This document shows, one piece after another, positions 40,078 to 48,927 of a stretch of 64,000 bases of DNA. The position numbers and the translations under genes are program-made. Position 1 is the stretch's first letter. Each line of letters opens with the position of its first letter. Source of the DNA: Planktothricoides raciborskii GIHE-MW2 (GTDB lineage Bacteria > Cyanobacteriota > Cyanobacteriia > Cyanobacteriales > Laspinemataceae); NCBI RefSeq assembly GCF_040564635.1, contig NZ_CP159837.1, positions 227,801-291,800 on the forward strand, written 5' to 3'. The notes beneath the pieces are model-generated. The model worked only from the letters and a program-made list of their open reading frames with translations. It did not search any database and was not told the origin of the DNA.

Positions 40078-40322
40078 TCGGTAAGAGATTGGCTAAGATG
40101 ATGTCATTATGCCAAGGGGTTGCCCCATATCAGCAATTATGATTCACCGATGATGGGTGAAACAGAAGATCACCATGAACGACACTATCACCCCGATAAA
40201 AGTTCAAAAAAAGCTACGAAAAATCAACGGTTTTAGCCTTGTAACCGATGAGTTACAAGGCTTTTAATTTTATTAGGTGGCGGTGCAAGTGGCGGTGTAG
40301 GTGGCGGTGTAGGTGGCGGTGA

Positions 40323-40853
40323 TTATGCCCGTGCAAAATCCCCGGCCCCGGCCCCGGAATTTTCCTGAGACTTGCTATCTCGGTCAAACCAGAAATCAAA
40401 AATCTGATCCACGTCTATGCCGTCAAACTTGGGCACGGCACAATAGTGGCGGATAGCATCGGCCCCCGTTCCCACCCGGCACGCATATTTTTTCTGGTAG
40501 CCAATGAGATCCAAAATGACATTGATGCGATCGCCCGTCTTAACCGGGAGCCCCCGGCCAAATGTCTCTACAAACTCATCTGGGTTTAACCTGGCAACGG
40601 TATCGGTGAGGAACGGATCGTTATAGGCGAAATTTTCACCCGTCAAAAACCGGGATAAGCCCTTGTCAAAAAGCACCGATAAGTATGCTTGTCTGAGACT
40701 GACTGCATACTTGCTGATTTCATGGTCAAGGCACTGAGTTTTAGAGGTAAAAGTCTGGACTTGTTTAGCATCGTGAGACACGGCAAAAGCTTTACCAATG
40801 GTCAGGTAATACAGCAGTTGTAACGGTCGGAAACAACCGTGATCATCAGCCAT
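40323..40853 (-). CDS. Hypothetical protein
   Basis: The ORF is in an island-like region. I recognise no family. Confidence 0.45.
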   Translation of the reverse strand: MADDHGCFRPLQLLYYLTIGKAFAVSHDAKQVQTFTSKTQCLDHEISKYAVSLRQAYLSVLFDKGLSRFLTGENFAYNDPFLTDTVARLNPDEFVETFGRGLPVKTGDRINVILDLIGYQKKYACRVGTGADAIRHYCAVPKFDGIDVDQIFDFWFDRDSKSQENSGAGAGDFARA

Positions 40854-40888
40854 GATTAAAGCCTTAGAACAATAGCCATAAGTTCTAA

Positions 40889-41386
40889 CTAAATTCCCCG
40901 TTGTTTATACCGTTGATGCTTAGTTTTTGCCACGGCATTATTAAGGGTTTTTAATTCATCATCAGAGGGATTCTCAGTGGTATCAATCTCGCTGACTTCA
41001 GTATCATAAGCCGCATTTCTAATCTCTCTGATTTCAGTATCATGCACCTTTACAGGGTCAACATAGTGGCACCGATGACCGTCGGAAGTCAGCAACCATT
41101 CTAAATTTTCCCGGTAAGCACTTAACCCTAAATTGCTAAGGGCTACAGACTCACAGTAAGCATAAAATAACCCATTATCTAAAGCGGTAAAATCTTTGAG
41201 AAAAGATTGCATTCTCTTTTTGTTGGTTTGTAAGCAATGCTTAACCTGATCCGATGATAACGCACCACCAAATTTCATATATGTAGCGTTACCTGATTTT
41301 GGGAGCCAGATATGCCGGTCAACGGGCCAGCGATACCGTGCCACAAATTGAGCGACTGACTGAACATATTCAACGCTATAAACCAC
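40889..41386 (-). CDS. Hypothetical protein
   Basis: It lies 36 bp upstream of the previous gene on the same strand, so the two are probably co-transcribed. Confidence 0.45.
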   Translation of the reverse strand: MVYSVEYVQSVAQFVARYRWPVDRHIWLPKSGNATYMKFGGALSSDQVKHCLQTNKKRMQSFLKDFTALDNGLFYAYCESVALSNLGLSAYRENLEWLLTSDGHRCHYVDPVKVHDTEIREIRNAAYDTEVSEIDTTENPSDDELKTLNNAVAKTKHQRYKQRGI

Positions 41387-41801
41387 ATAACAACCGTGAT
41401 AAACAAGTCATTATTAATACTAAAATTTGTCTATAAAACACTGGAATAGATGACTAATGTTTATTCGCTTAACTTGCCTAGTTTAATTGATATAGAGCAA
41501 GCTTTATAATCAGGTTACTTAACTTAATTAACATTATTAAAGTCAATTAATCAAACTTAAATTTGACAATAAAGTGATAATATAGTGGCATTTTTTTTGC
41601 CATAATACAACGACTTAATCTTCTGGATACCGCAGAATAAAAATACGCAATTACCTTTTGATAAGCGAGGTTTACACTCTGCTAACAGTCTGTATGGGTT
41701 GTTTTATTGGTAAATAAAAAAATCCATAATTCAGCCTTATCAAACTTCTAATTATTTTGGATTAATTAACGCTACATCTGACTTGCCTACTTCAGCCATT
41801 T

Positions 41802-42857
41802 TTATAAAAAACTAAATGGAAAAATCAGATAAGTCAGCGTCAGCCAAATAAATTTTTGAAGCGTTTTGACTATCTTAAGCTGAGTCATAATTTCAGCCCG
41901 TTTTTTTCTAAGATACTTAGTATCAGCGTGTAATAAGTGATTTAAAACTTGTTCAGACTCATCAACAACCAAAAGACAACCGTCAAGGTAATTATCAACC
42001 GTCAGGTCAATTTTAGCTTTAGAATTAGGATGTAAAGAATCAATACACAGTCCTAAGCCAAAATATAAAGCCTCTAACCAATCTTTTTTAGAGGTCATCT
42101 CATTGAGAAATTGAATCCCGAAACGGTCACATAAGTGGGACATTAATTGCACTCTGTGTCCTAGCACAATCACTTTATGACCTGCTTTTATGGCGTCACT
42201 GACCATCTGGGAAAGTGTCCAAGTTTTACCCGTGTTTTTAGGGAATTTAATTGCTACAATTTTTGCATAAAGTTTAGGAAGTTTATCTAAATGTCTCCGA
42301 TTAAAGTCTAAGACGGGATAGCTTAAGTTTATAGACTTTCTGAACTTAGAAACTTGCAATGGTAAGGCAGAATTTAAAACCGTCTCAAGTGTTTCAATGC
42401 CATTCTGGACAAAGATATCATCAACACCTTTACCTAACTCAGGATGCCACTGAGCAATTTTAACAACTGCTTTTCTGTTAACCAGCCAAGTGATTTTATT
42501 GGCTAGTCTGGACGCGGCATTGTAAACATCTAAGGCAGTTGAGACTCTGCTATCAGCGTCAAAAGCGATCGTGATTTCGAGTTGTTGAAACCGGCTAAAG
42601 AATGATTGCAGCCACGGGTTTAAAGGTGCTTTAAATGCCGCGATACTTCTATCACTGGTATCAGAAAAGTTCCATATCCCTGGTAGCCCAATAGCAACGT
42701 AACCAGCACAAAGCAGACACGCGGTTTTCTTTGCCCCTTCAGTGATGACGACGGGCAAGTTATTGGCGATCGCCCATTCCCAAAATTGCTTACCATAACA
42801 GGTTTCATGCAAAAAAGGATGTTTGGGTTGATCAAGGTCTACTCGGTGCTCTAACAC
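41802..42857 (-). pseudogene. Truncated plasmid-type replication/primase-like protein (Toprim/DUF3854-like N-domain + P-loop NTPase)
   Basis: The N-terminal VVITEGAKKTACLLCAGYVAIGLPGIWN block is Toprim-like. Walker A (FPKNTGKTWT) and Walker B (LLVVDESE) are present. The ORF terminates about 50 aa after Walker B, in AT-rich sequence. Confidence 0.5.
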
Positions 42858-43916
42858 CGGGTTTTTTTGTCTCTAAACTTGGTGTGTGAAGTCCAGAGAC
42901 GGGATAAAATCACACCCTTTTAAATATTTATCCCTCATAGAATAGCACAAATTTCTAGTGGTAAACAGCAATCTTTAAAATCCTAGTGCTTTTATCCCTT
43001 GCATCATGGAAATAATGAGTGCAATGTGTGCTAATCGCTAGATATGGTGGCTTTGTTGTAGGTCAATAGCTAAACACGGTGTGTTTGGCAGATGTAATAT
43101 GCCACAATCGAATTTGATTGTTAAGTAAATATTAATCGCTGAAAGTTTTGTGCCACATAGTTTTTTATCACTATTGATTAATGTCAATACTTTTATCAAA
43201 AGTATTAGTAATAAAGCCACATCAAGCCACGGTATAAAAGTGCTATGCAAAGTGCTATGTAAGGAATGGCTAATTGCTGAATATTGATACAAAACTTAAA
43301 TATTTACCATAACAGATATAGAGTTTACAACCGAGTATCTGTTATCTGTGATTAACTTGCCTTTCTGTTTAGACCGTTGGCACTGGGATAACTAGCAAAG
43401 TTATTCCAGTTAACCAGTGAATCACTAACAGTTTGACTCAGCTTTTCTAGGGATTCTGTCTGGGTAGTTGACTGACTGAATTGCTGGTCTAACTGTAAGA
43501 AAACGTCAGGGATATATACTGCTTTTTCCCCTATATCGTTACTGATATTCATCAAGTCGTTAATCATGGTTTATAGGATTTTGGCTGACTCGCTTGATAG
43601 GCTTGAGTGACCGGCATTAATGTCAGATACAGCATTATCAATGTCTAGAGTTGCACTTGCCAGAATAGAGCGGGCTAAGGTCAACTTAGCTATAATCTAA
43701 ACCCATTGATTATTAGACAGTTTAATAACCTTTAAACTTGCTATGAAAATGTTTGGACTAACACAAAACTGGACTGCACTCGGTTCAAGATTCTGCACTC
43801 GGTGCGATCGCGTCGCGGGTGGGTGAACTTTTGGGAAAATGGGTGAACCCTAGTCAGATCAAGGGTGAACCTAGGTGATCGTTGGGTGACTTTTTGGGTT
43901 CACATTCACCCCTGAG

Positions 43917-44264
43917 TCACCCCTGAGTCACCCTCGGTTCACCGCGAAAGTCACCCCTAACTGAACGGAAACGGGATGACATTTCAAACATTAACTCTGC
44001 ATACTTTTGCTTGATTTGTTCCAAAAACTCAGCCACGTCAAAACGACGCTGAGAGACATAGATATAGAGTTCTTTGCCTATCCCAGCAACTACCAGAAAA
44101 CACTCTGGGTTATCCCAGATGTCCATTTGGTAACGGGGTGGGTAAACTTTCCGAAAATGAACGTAATACAAGGGAATCACAGAGTCACTCAACTCATCTA
44201 TCTTTTTGGCCGATTCTATTAATCGCCATTGCTGACCTGACTCACTGCGTAATTTAGGCAACAC
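43917..44264 (-). CDS. Hypothetical protein
   Basis: The ORF is in the island. I recognise no family. Confidence 0.3.
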   Translation of the reverse strand: MLPKLRSESGQQWRLIESAKKIDELSDSVIPLYYVHFRKVYPPRYQMDIWDNPECFLVVAGIGKELYIYVSQRRFDVAEFLEQIKQKYAELMFEMSSRFRSVRGDFRGEPRVTQG

Positions 44265-44308
44265 ACTGAGAAAATTGTCTTGACTTGTTACCTGAAAACG
44301 GTAATCAC

Positions 44309-44647
44309 TTAGGTTTTTGCTAAGTCAGGCACTAAAGAACCATAGTAATAATCTAAAACTCGGATGATTTCAGCCTTAGTCAACCGTGACCAGTCCCGCT
44401 TGACGATACCTAGTCTGGACTGGAAAAAGTTGCGAGTGACTTTGAAGGCAGTCCGACTGAGACGGGACACCTTAGCCTTTAACTGACGGATCGTGAGGGT
44501 CACATACAGTCTTTTCATACCGCGTGCCCCCCGTGGTTTTGTGCTATTCTCATAAAAGAACCCTTGTTTTAAGGTGTTTGAATAACCCGTGTCAGCGATT
44601 CTGCCAAGAACTAGCGTTGACGCGGGTTTTAACGTTTTTAGGGTCAA
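44309..44647 (-). CDS. Basic (K/R-rich) hypothetical protein, divergent from the XRE regulator
   Basis: The composition suggests a nucleic-acid-binding protein. Confidence 0.3.
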   Translation of the reverse strand: MTLKTLKPASTLVLGRIADTGYSNTLKQGFFYENSTKPRGARGMKRLYVTLTIRQLKAKVSRLSRTAFKVTRNFFQSRLGIVKRDWSRLTKAEIIRVLDYYYGSLVPDLAKT

Positions 44648-44743
44648 AACTAAAATAACCCTATTAATAGAGTAGTCGAAATGGCGACATAAGTCAATAC
44701 AAATATTAAAAAAAATCGTTAAAACTGCTACAGTGTATAGATA

Positions 44744-45007
44744 ATGAATTTAAATGCTACACTGAATATGTCAAGAACCTTGCTTAATATGCCGATGAAA
44801 TGGCGACTAGCGGTTGTCATGGCTGAAAAAGACATGGGGGTTAACGATTTGGCTGCAATAACTGGGTTGCACCGTGCTACCATCAGCAACTTAAAAAACA
44901 ACCTGCCTAGTCATATCAGAATGAAAACCTTGCAAAAAATATGTACGGCCCTCGAATGTCAACCCGGTGAGTTACTTCAGTGGACCCCAGACAATGACGC
45001 GGTATAA
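44744..45007 (+). CDS. Cro/CI (XRE)-type HTH transcriptional regulator
   Basis: The HTH is VNDLAAITGLHRATISNLKNN. The start may be an internal Met. Confidence 0.65.
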   Translation: MNLNATLNMSRTLLNMPMKWRLAVVMAEKDMGVNDLAAITGLHRATISNLKNNLPSHIRMKTLQKICTALECQPGELLQWTPDNDAV

Positions 45008-45034
45008 CCGCAACGCTCGATCGCTGACCAATTA

Positions 45035-45061
45035 CCTACCCCTAACCGGGTAGGTTTTTTG
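45035..45061 (+). terminator. Rho-independent terminator
   Basis: CCTACCC-CTAACC-GGGTAGG is followed by TTTTTT. Confidence 0.6.
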
Positions 45062-45399
45062 TTGGGAACCGAGGCCGCTGGCAGCCCGTGTAGCGGGGCC
45101 GCGTTACCTCGTGTGATGTGGGAAAAATGTCATTATGCCCATCTCTAGTGTTTTAACTAATCCTTCTGCCCATCCCTAGTGTGTTTGTAACTTTGCTGTG
45201 ACCCCGTGTGTCATGCTGGGAGCCAAAAACCTTATCTGGCAAGCATCACAAGCTTTTTAACAATATTTTCAATAAGCTTAAAACTTAGACGCTGCACTGG
45301 TTTCAAGCTTTGTATAGCCACGGGGTGATGTAAGGCTTGTCACCCCGTGTGGCGGTGGCGGTGTGACTGGTTACCGTAACCGGAATAACCCGGAATGAA

Positions 45400-45640
45400 T
45401 CCGCATAGTGCATTGATGATAAAAATTTCTCTGAACATGGCTTGACATGGCACTTAGTGGCACTAAGTGGCACTAAGTAGCCACGTTAAGCCACAAATAG
45501 CCCAAAATAGCCCTAGTCAACCCTAAAAAACGGGTTTTTTCCTCAAAATCGTGACCCAAAATAACCCAAAATAACCCAAAATGGCACTAAGTAGCCACGT
45601 CAAGTCCACTTAGTGCCATTACAACTTTTCTCACTAAAAA
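45400..45640. repeat. Iteron-like direct and inverted repeats (GGCACTAAGT x4-5, CCCAAAATAA x3)
   Basis: The repeats are seen directly; the region may be a decayed replication origin or attachment site. Confidence 0.6.
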
Positions 45641-45859
45641 ACTCTGGTATGGCCGGTCAACCTACTACCAGAGTTTTTTTGAGAGTTAAACTAAAAGCTA
45701 AAAGAAAATGAATACAATGTTTTCCGCACATACAGCATAGCACATATCTAGCCACCTAGTGCCATTACAACTCTGTAATTTTGCCCGCAAATTGCGTGTA
45801 TCTCTGGCAGGGGATTAATCCCCTGCTCAACCTCGCTAGACTTAACTCACCGCAAAAAC

Positions 45860-46084
45860 TTAATCCCCTAATTCTGGCAAGGTGATATTTTGGGCTAAAT
45901 TTTCGTAATCAAGACGGTCATCTCGGTAATGCTTGCGGATCCTTGTCGGTGATGTATCGAGTAACGCGGCGATCGCTTCTTCCGACATCCCAGACTCTAG
46001 CCAACGATTCTGGGTAGTGTGACGGGCGTGGTACGTCGGAAGATACTCGGTGACTTTTCCCATCTCTACCAGTGCCTTAACCAC
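45860..46084 (-). pseudogene. C-terminal fragment of a tyrosine recombinase/phage integrase
   Basis: TYHARHTTQNRWLESGMSEEAIAALLDTSPTRIRKHY matches the integrase box II/catalytic Tyr region. Only 74 aa remain, with no N-terminal part. Confidence 0.6.
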
Positions 46085-46172
46085 TTGAGTCAGTCGAAAC
46101 CGGATAAGTATCGATCCAGATTTCTAGGCTTAGGGGTGATTTTAGGAATCATATATTATTTATTAGGGAACA

Positions 46173-46745
46173 ATGGATCTGACTCCGATAATACCCCAAG
46201 TGGCTATGAAGGTGGCGGTAACGGGGAAACAAACAGCTTACAACCTATATATAACAAGACTTGTAAAGAACTGTTTGAAAGACACTCAAATTTCTGAGGA
46301 TAGCCAAATAGGCGATCGCAGGCGGTTGGTCTGGGAAATCGTCAATCAGCAAGCCGAAGGCGCTAACTTAGAAGGAGTCAACCTCGCAGGAGCAAATCTA
46401 AAAGGGGCTAACTTAGAAGCTGCTTATCTCAAGAATGCCACTCTGGACAATGCCAAGCTAGAAAATGCCAACCTCACTGGGGCCAACCTAATGAATGCGA
46501 ACCTTCAACGAGCCACACTCAAGCAAGCCAAGCTGATTAGCGCTACTTTAAAAGGGGCGAATTTGGCCAATGCCGACTTAGAAGCCGCAAACTTATATAT
46601 AGCAAATCTCCGAGATGCCCAGCTTCAAGGAATTAACCTCAAAGATGCCAATGTCCAAGGAGCCATATTGCCCGGTGGGGAATTAAAAGAGGCATTCGAT
46701 GAATCCGATGAATCCGATGAATCCGATGAATCCACATCTAATTGA
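46173..46745 (+). CDS. Pentapeptide-repeat protein with C-terminal (DES)n acidic tail
   Basis: A(N/D)LxG pentapeptides repeat throughout. The tail DESDESDESDES derives from a 9-nt tandem repeat. Confidence 0.7.
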   Translation: MDLTPIIPQVAMKVAVTGKQTAYNLYITRLVKNCLKDTQISEDSQIGDRRRLVWEIVNQQAEGANLEGVNLAGANLKGANLEAAYLKNATLDNAKLENANLTGANLMNANLQRATLKQAKLISATLKGANLANADLEAANLYIANLRDAQLQGINLKDANVQGAILPGGELKEAFDESDESDESDESTSN

Positions 46746-46749
46746 TTTC

Positions 46750-47050
46750 AACCAAGAAACCGGAGCATAAATCCCCCGCCTCACAAACCGGCGGGGATTA
46801 AAATCCCCGCCTCATAGCTAAAGTCCGATGAATCGGACTGAAATCAAATCAGGTAATTGTAGAGAGTCGGTTTTAACCGACTTGCGCTGTGAGACGGGGA
46901 TTTTAATCCCCGGCGGTTTTTGGGCGGATTTCAAATAGTGCAAGATTTCGGTTTTAACTGACTTGAACTATGAGACGGGGAATTGATTCCCCGACGGCTG
47001 TGGTCTATTCAGGAGAAAACCCCTGTAAGAAACCTGGTTTCTATCACCCA
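46750..47050. repeat. Nested palindromes and two about 60-bp direct repeats in a convergent intergenic region
   Basis: Overlapping alternative hairpins are CCCCCGCC..GGCGGGGATTAAAATCCCCGCC and GTCGGTTTTAACCGAC. The unit TCGGTTTTAAC[CT]GACTTG..GAGACGGGGA..TCCCCG occurs twice. Confidence 0.8.
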
Positions 47051-47051
47051 A

Positions 47052-48146
47052 TTAGCCCATTGCTTCCATCACGGGATGGAAGAAAAAGGCTAATCCCAAA
47101 ACCGTATAAGCGGCGAGTAACAGGGTGCCTTCTAACCAGTCCGATCGCCCATCAGAACTGACAGAGTTAGCAATCAACACTGCCACGGCCACGGCGACTA
47201 ACTCAAAGGGGTTAAAGTTCAAATCCATTGGTTGTCCCAGAATCAACCCAGCCAACACCAACACTGGGGCGACAAACAAAGCAATTTGCAAACTGGAACC
47301 CACCGCCACGGACACGGACAAATCCATTTTATTTTTCATCGCCACGGTGACAGCAGTGGCGTGTTCGGCGGCGTTGCCAATAATCGGCACCAAAATCACC
47401 CCGGTAAATAGGGCGGTCAGACCTAAACTGGCAGTGGCTTCTTCCAGAGAATCCACTAATAATTCTGATTCGATCGCCACCAAAAGAGTACAAACCAGCA
47501 GCACCACAGTCCACAAAAGACCATTGGGTTTTTCTGAATGTCCCTCTGAAGAGGACTCATTTTCCGCCTCCCCCACATCACAGAGATAGGCATGAGTTTT
47601 CATGGAAAACAGCAGAGTTAATCCGTAGACCAAAATTAAGACCACCGCCACCCAACCAGAAAGGGTTTGCATGGTGCTTTCTTCAATTCCTTGGGAGGTA
47701 TAGTTCACCGCCGTGGGTAACAGAATCGCAATCACCGCCAGATTCATGGCCGAAGCATTACTTCGGGCAACCACCGGCTGAAAGGTTTGTTCTTTGAATC
47801 GCAACCCCCCCAGAAACATAGACAAACCCATAACCAGGAGTAAGTTGCCGATAATCGATCCGGTCAAACTGGCTTTCACCACTTCCACCAGTCCCGCATT
47901 CAGGGCAACCAAGGCGATAATTAATTCTGTGGCGTTGCCAAAGGTGGCATTCAGCAATCCGCCAATGGTCGGGCCGACCAAAACCGCAATTTCCTCCGTA
48001 GCGGTTCCCATCCAAGCCGCCAGGGGAATGATCGCCAAACAAGCGGTAATAAACACAGTCACGGATCCCCATTCCAGGAAATGAGCGGCAATGGAAACCG
48101 GGACAAACAGCAGCAAAACAATAAAAATCAGGTTTTTCGGAGACAT
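47052..48146 (-). CDS. cax: Ca2+/H+ antiporter (CaCA/CAX family)
   Basis: Two alpha-repeat GNAAEH-type motifs (GNATELII, GNAAEHATAV) and 11 TM helices are present. Confidence 0.9.
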   Translation of the reverse strand: MSPKNLIFIVLLLFVPVSIAAHFLEWGSVTVFITACLAIIPLAAWMGTATEEIAVLVGPTIGGLLNATFGNATELIIALVALNAGLVEVVKASLTGSIIGNLLLVMGLSMFLGGLRFKEQTFQPVVARSNASAMNLAVIAILLPTAVNYTSQGIEESTMQTLSGWVAVVLILVYGLTLLFSMKTHAYLCDVGEAENESSSEGHSEKPNGLLWTVVLLVCTLLVAIESELLVDSLEEATASLGLTALFTGVILVPIIGNAAEHATAVTVAMKNKMDLSVSVAVGSSLQIALFVAPVLVLAGLILGQPMDLNFNPFELVAVAVAVLIANSVSSDGRSDWLEGTLLLAAYTVLGLAFFFHPVMEAMG

Positions 48147-48177
48147 TAAGGTATTTCTTGAGGTTGCTACGGGTTGA

Positions 48178-48290
48178 TCTTAAGAAACCGGGTTTCTTTT
48201 TGGCCATCCACGGTTAACTCTGGTATCTCACCACAGAAACCCGGTTTCTCATCGCTTTATTTTAAAGAAACCCGATTCGTTGGCGCATGG
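48178..48290. repeat. Triple-palindrome MITE-like element (same family as 30505-30690)
   Basis: AGAAACCGGGTTTCTTTTTGGCCATCCACGGTTAACTCTGGTATCTCACCACAGAAACCCGGTTTCT. Confidence 0.85.
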
Positions 48291-48927
48291 GAATATTGGC
48301 ATCTACGATATTTTTGCCGATGCCTAAGTCAGGATTTCTTGATATAGAGGCGGTTTGATTTTTTTCTAAGTAATTTTACTGAAAATGTTGTTTAAAAAAC
48401 TTAATAAAAATTTAATAATTTTTGTAGCAAAATTTGCCATAAGTTTGTTATTGAAGGCAGACAAAAAGAATTGTTAGCCAGCGATATGCCATCCGGCACG
48501 CTTCGCGATCGCAATTTTGTTAACAAACATTTTATATTTACGCCAAATCCAGTAAATTGCTAGAAAAATCAAGCATTTTCCCATGAGACGCGACTGGCTA
48601 TTTTCAGATTCCAGATTTTGCCCGATCTGCATTGTCAAAAAATCTGTCATCAAATATACATATTTTGTCACATATTTTTGTAAAGAATTGAAAAGATTAA
48701 AGTTTTATGTTCAACTGTTAATTTATCAGTTAAATTAGATAAAATACTCTGAGAAATCAGTTATATTGCTCAGGTAGTCATCGGCCATAACCCAACCATA
48801 AGACTTGATTAGGGAAAACCGCAGAATTTGATGAGTGTAAATTGACGCAAAGATTGGCAAAGATTTCCGGTCATTTTTTCGGGAAATCTGTAGCTCATGT
48901 TAGATGATTTTATTAAGGTGATTAATT

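Noticed and set aside
47125-48207. ORFs 47125..47589 (+) and 47758..48207 (-).
   Set aside because: Both overlap the well-supported cax gene. ORF 47125..47589 is antisense; ORF 47758..48207 is same-strand but out of frame.
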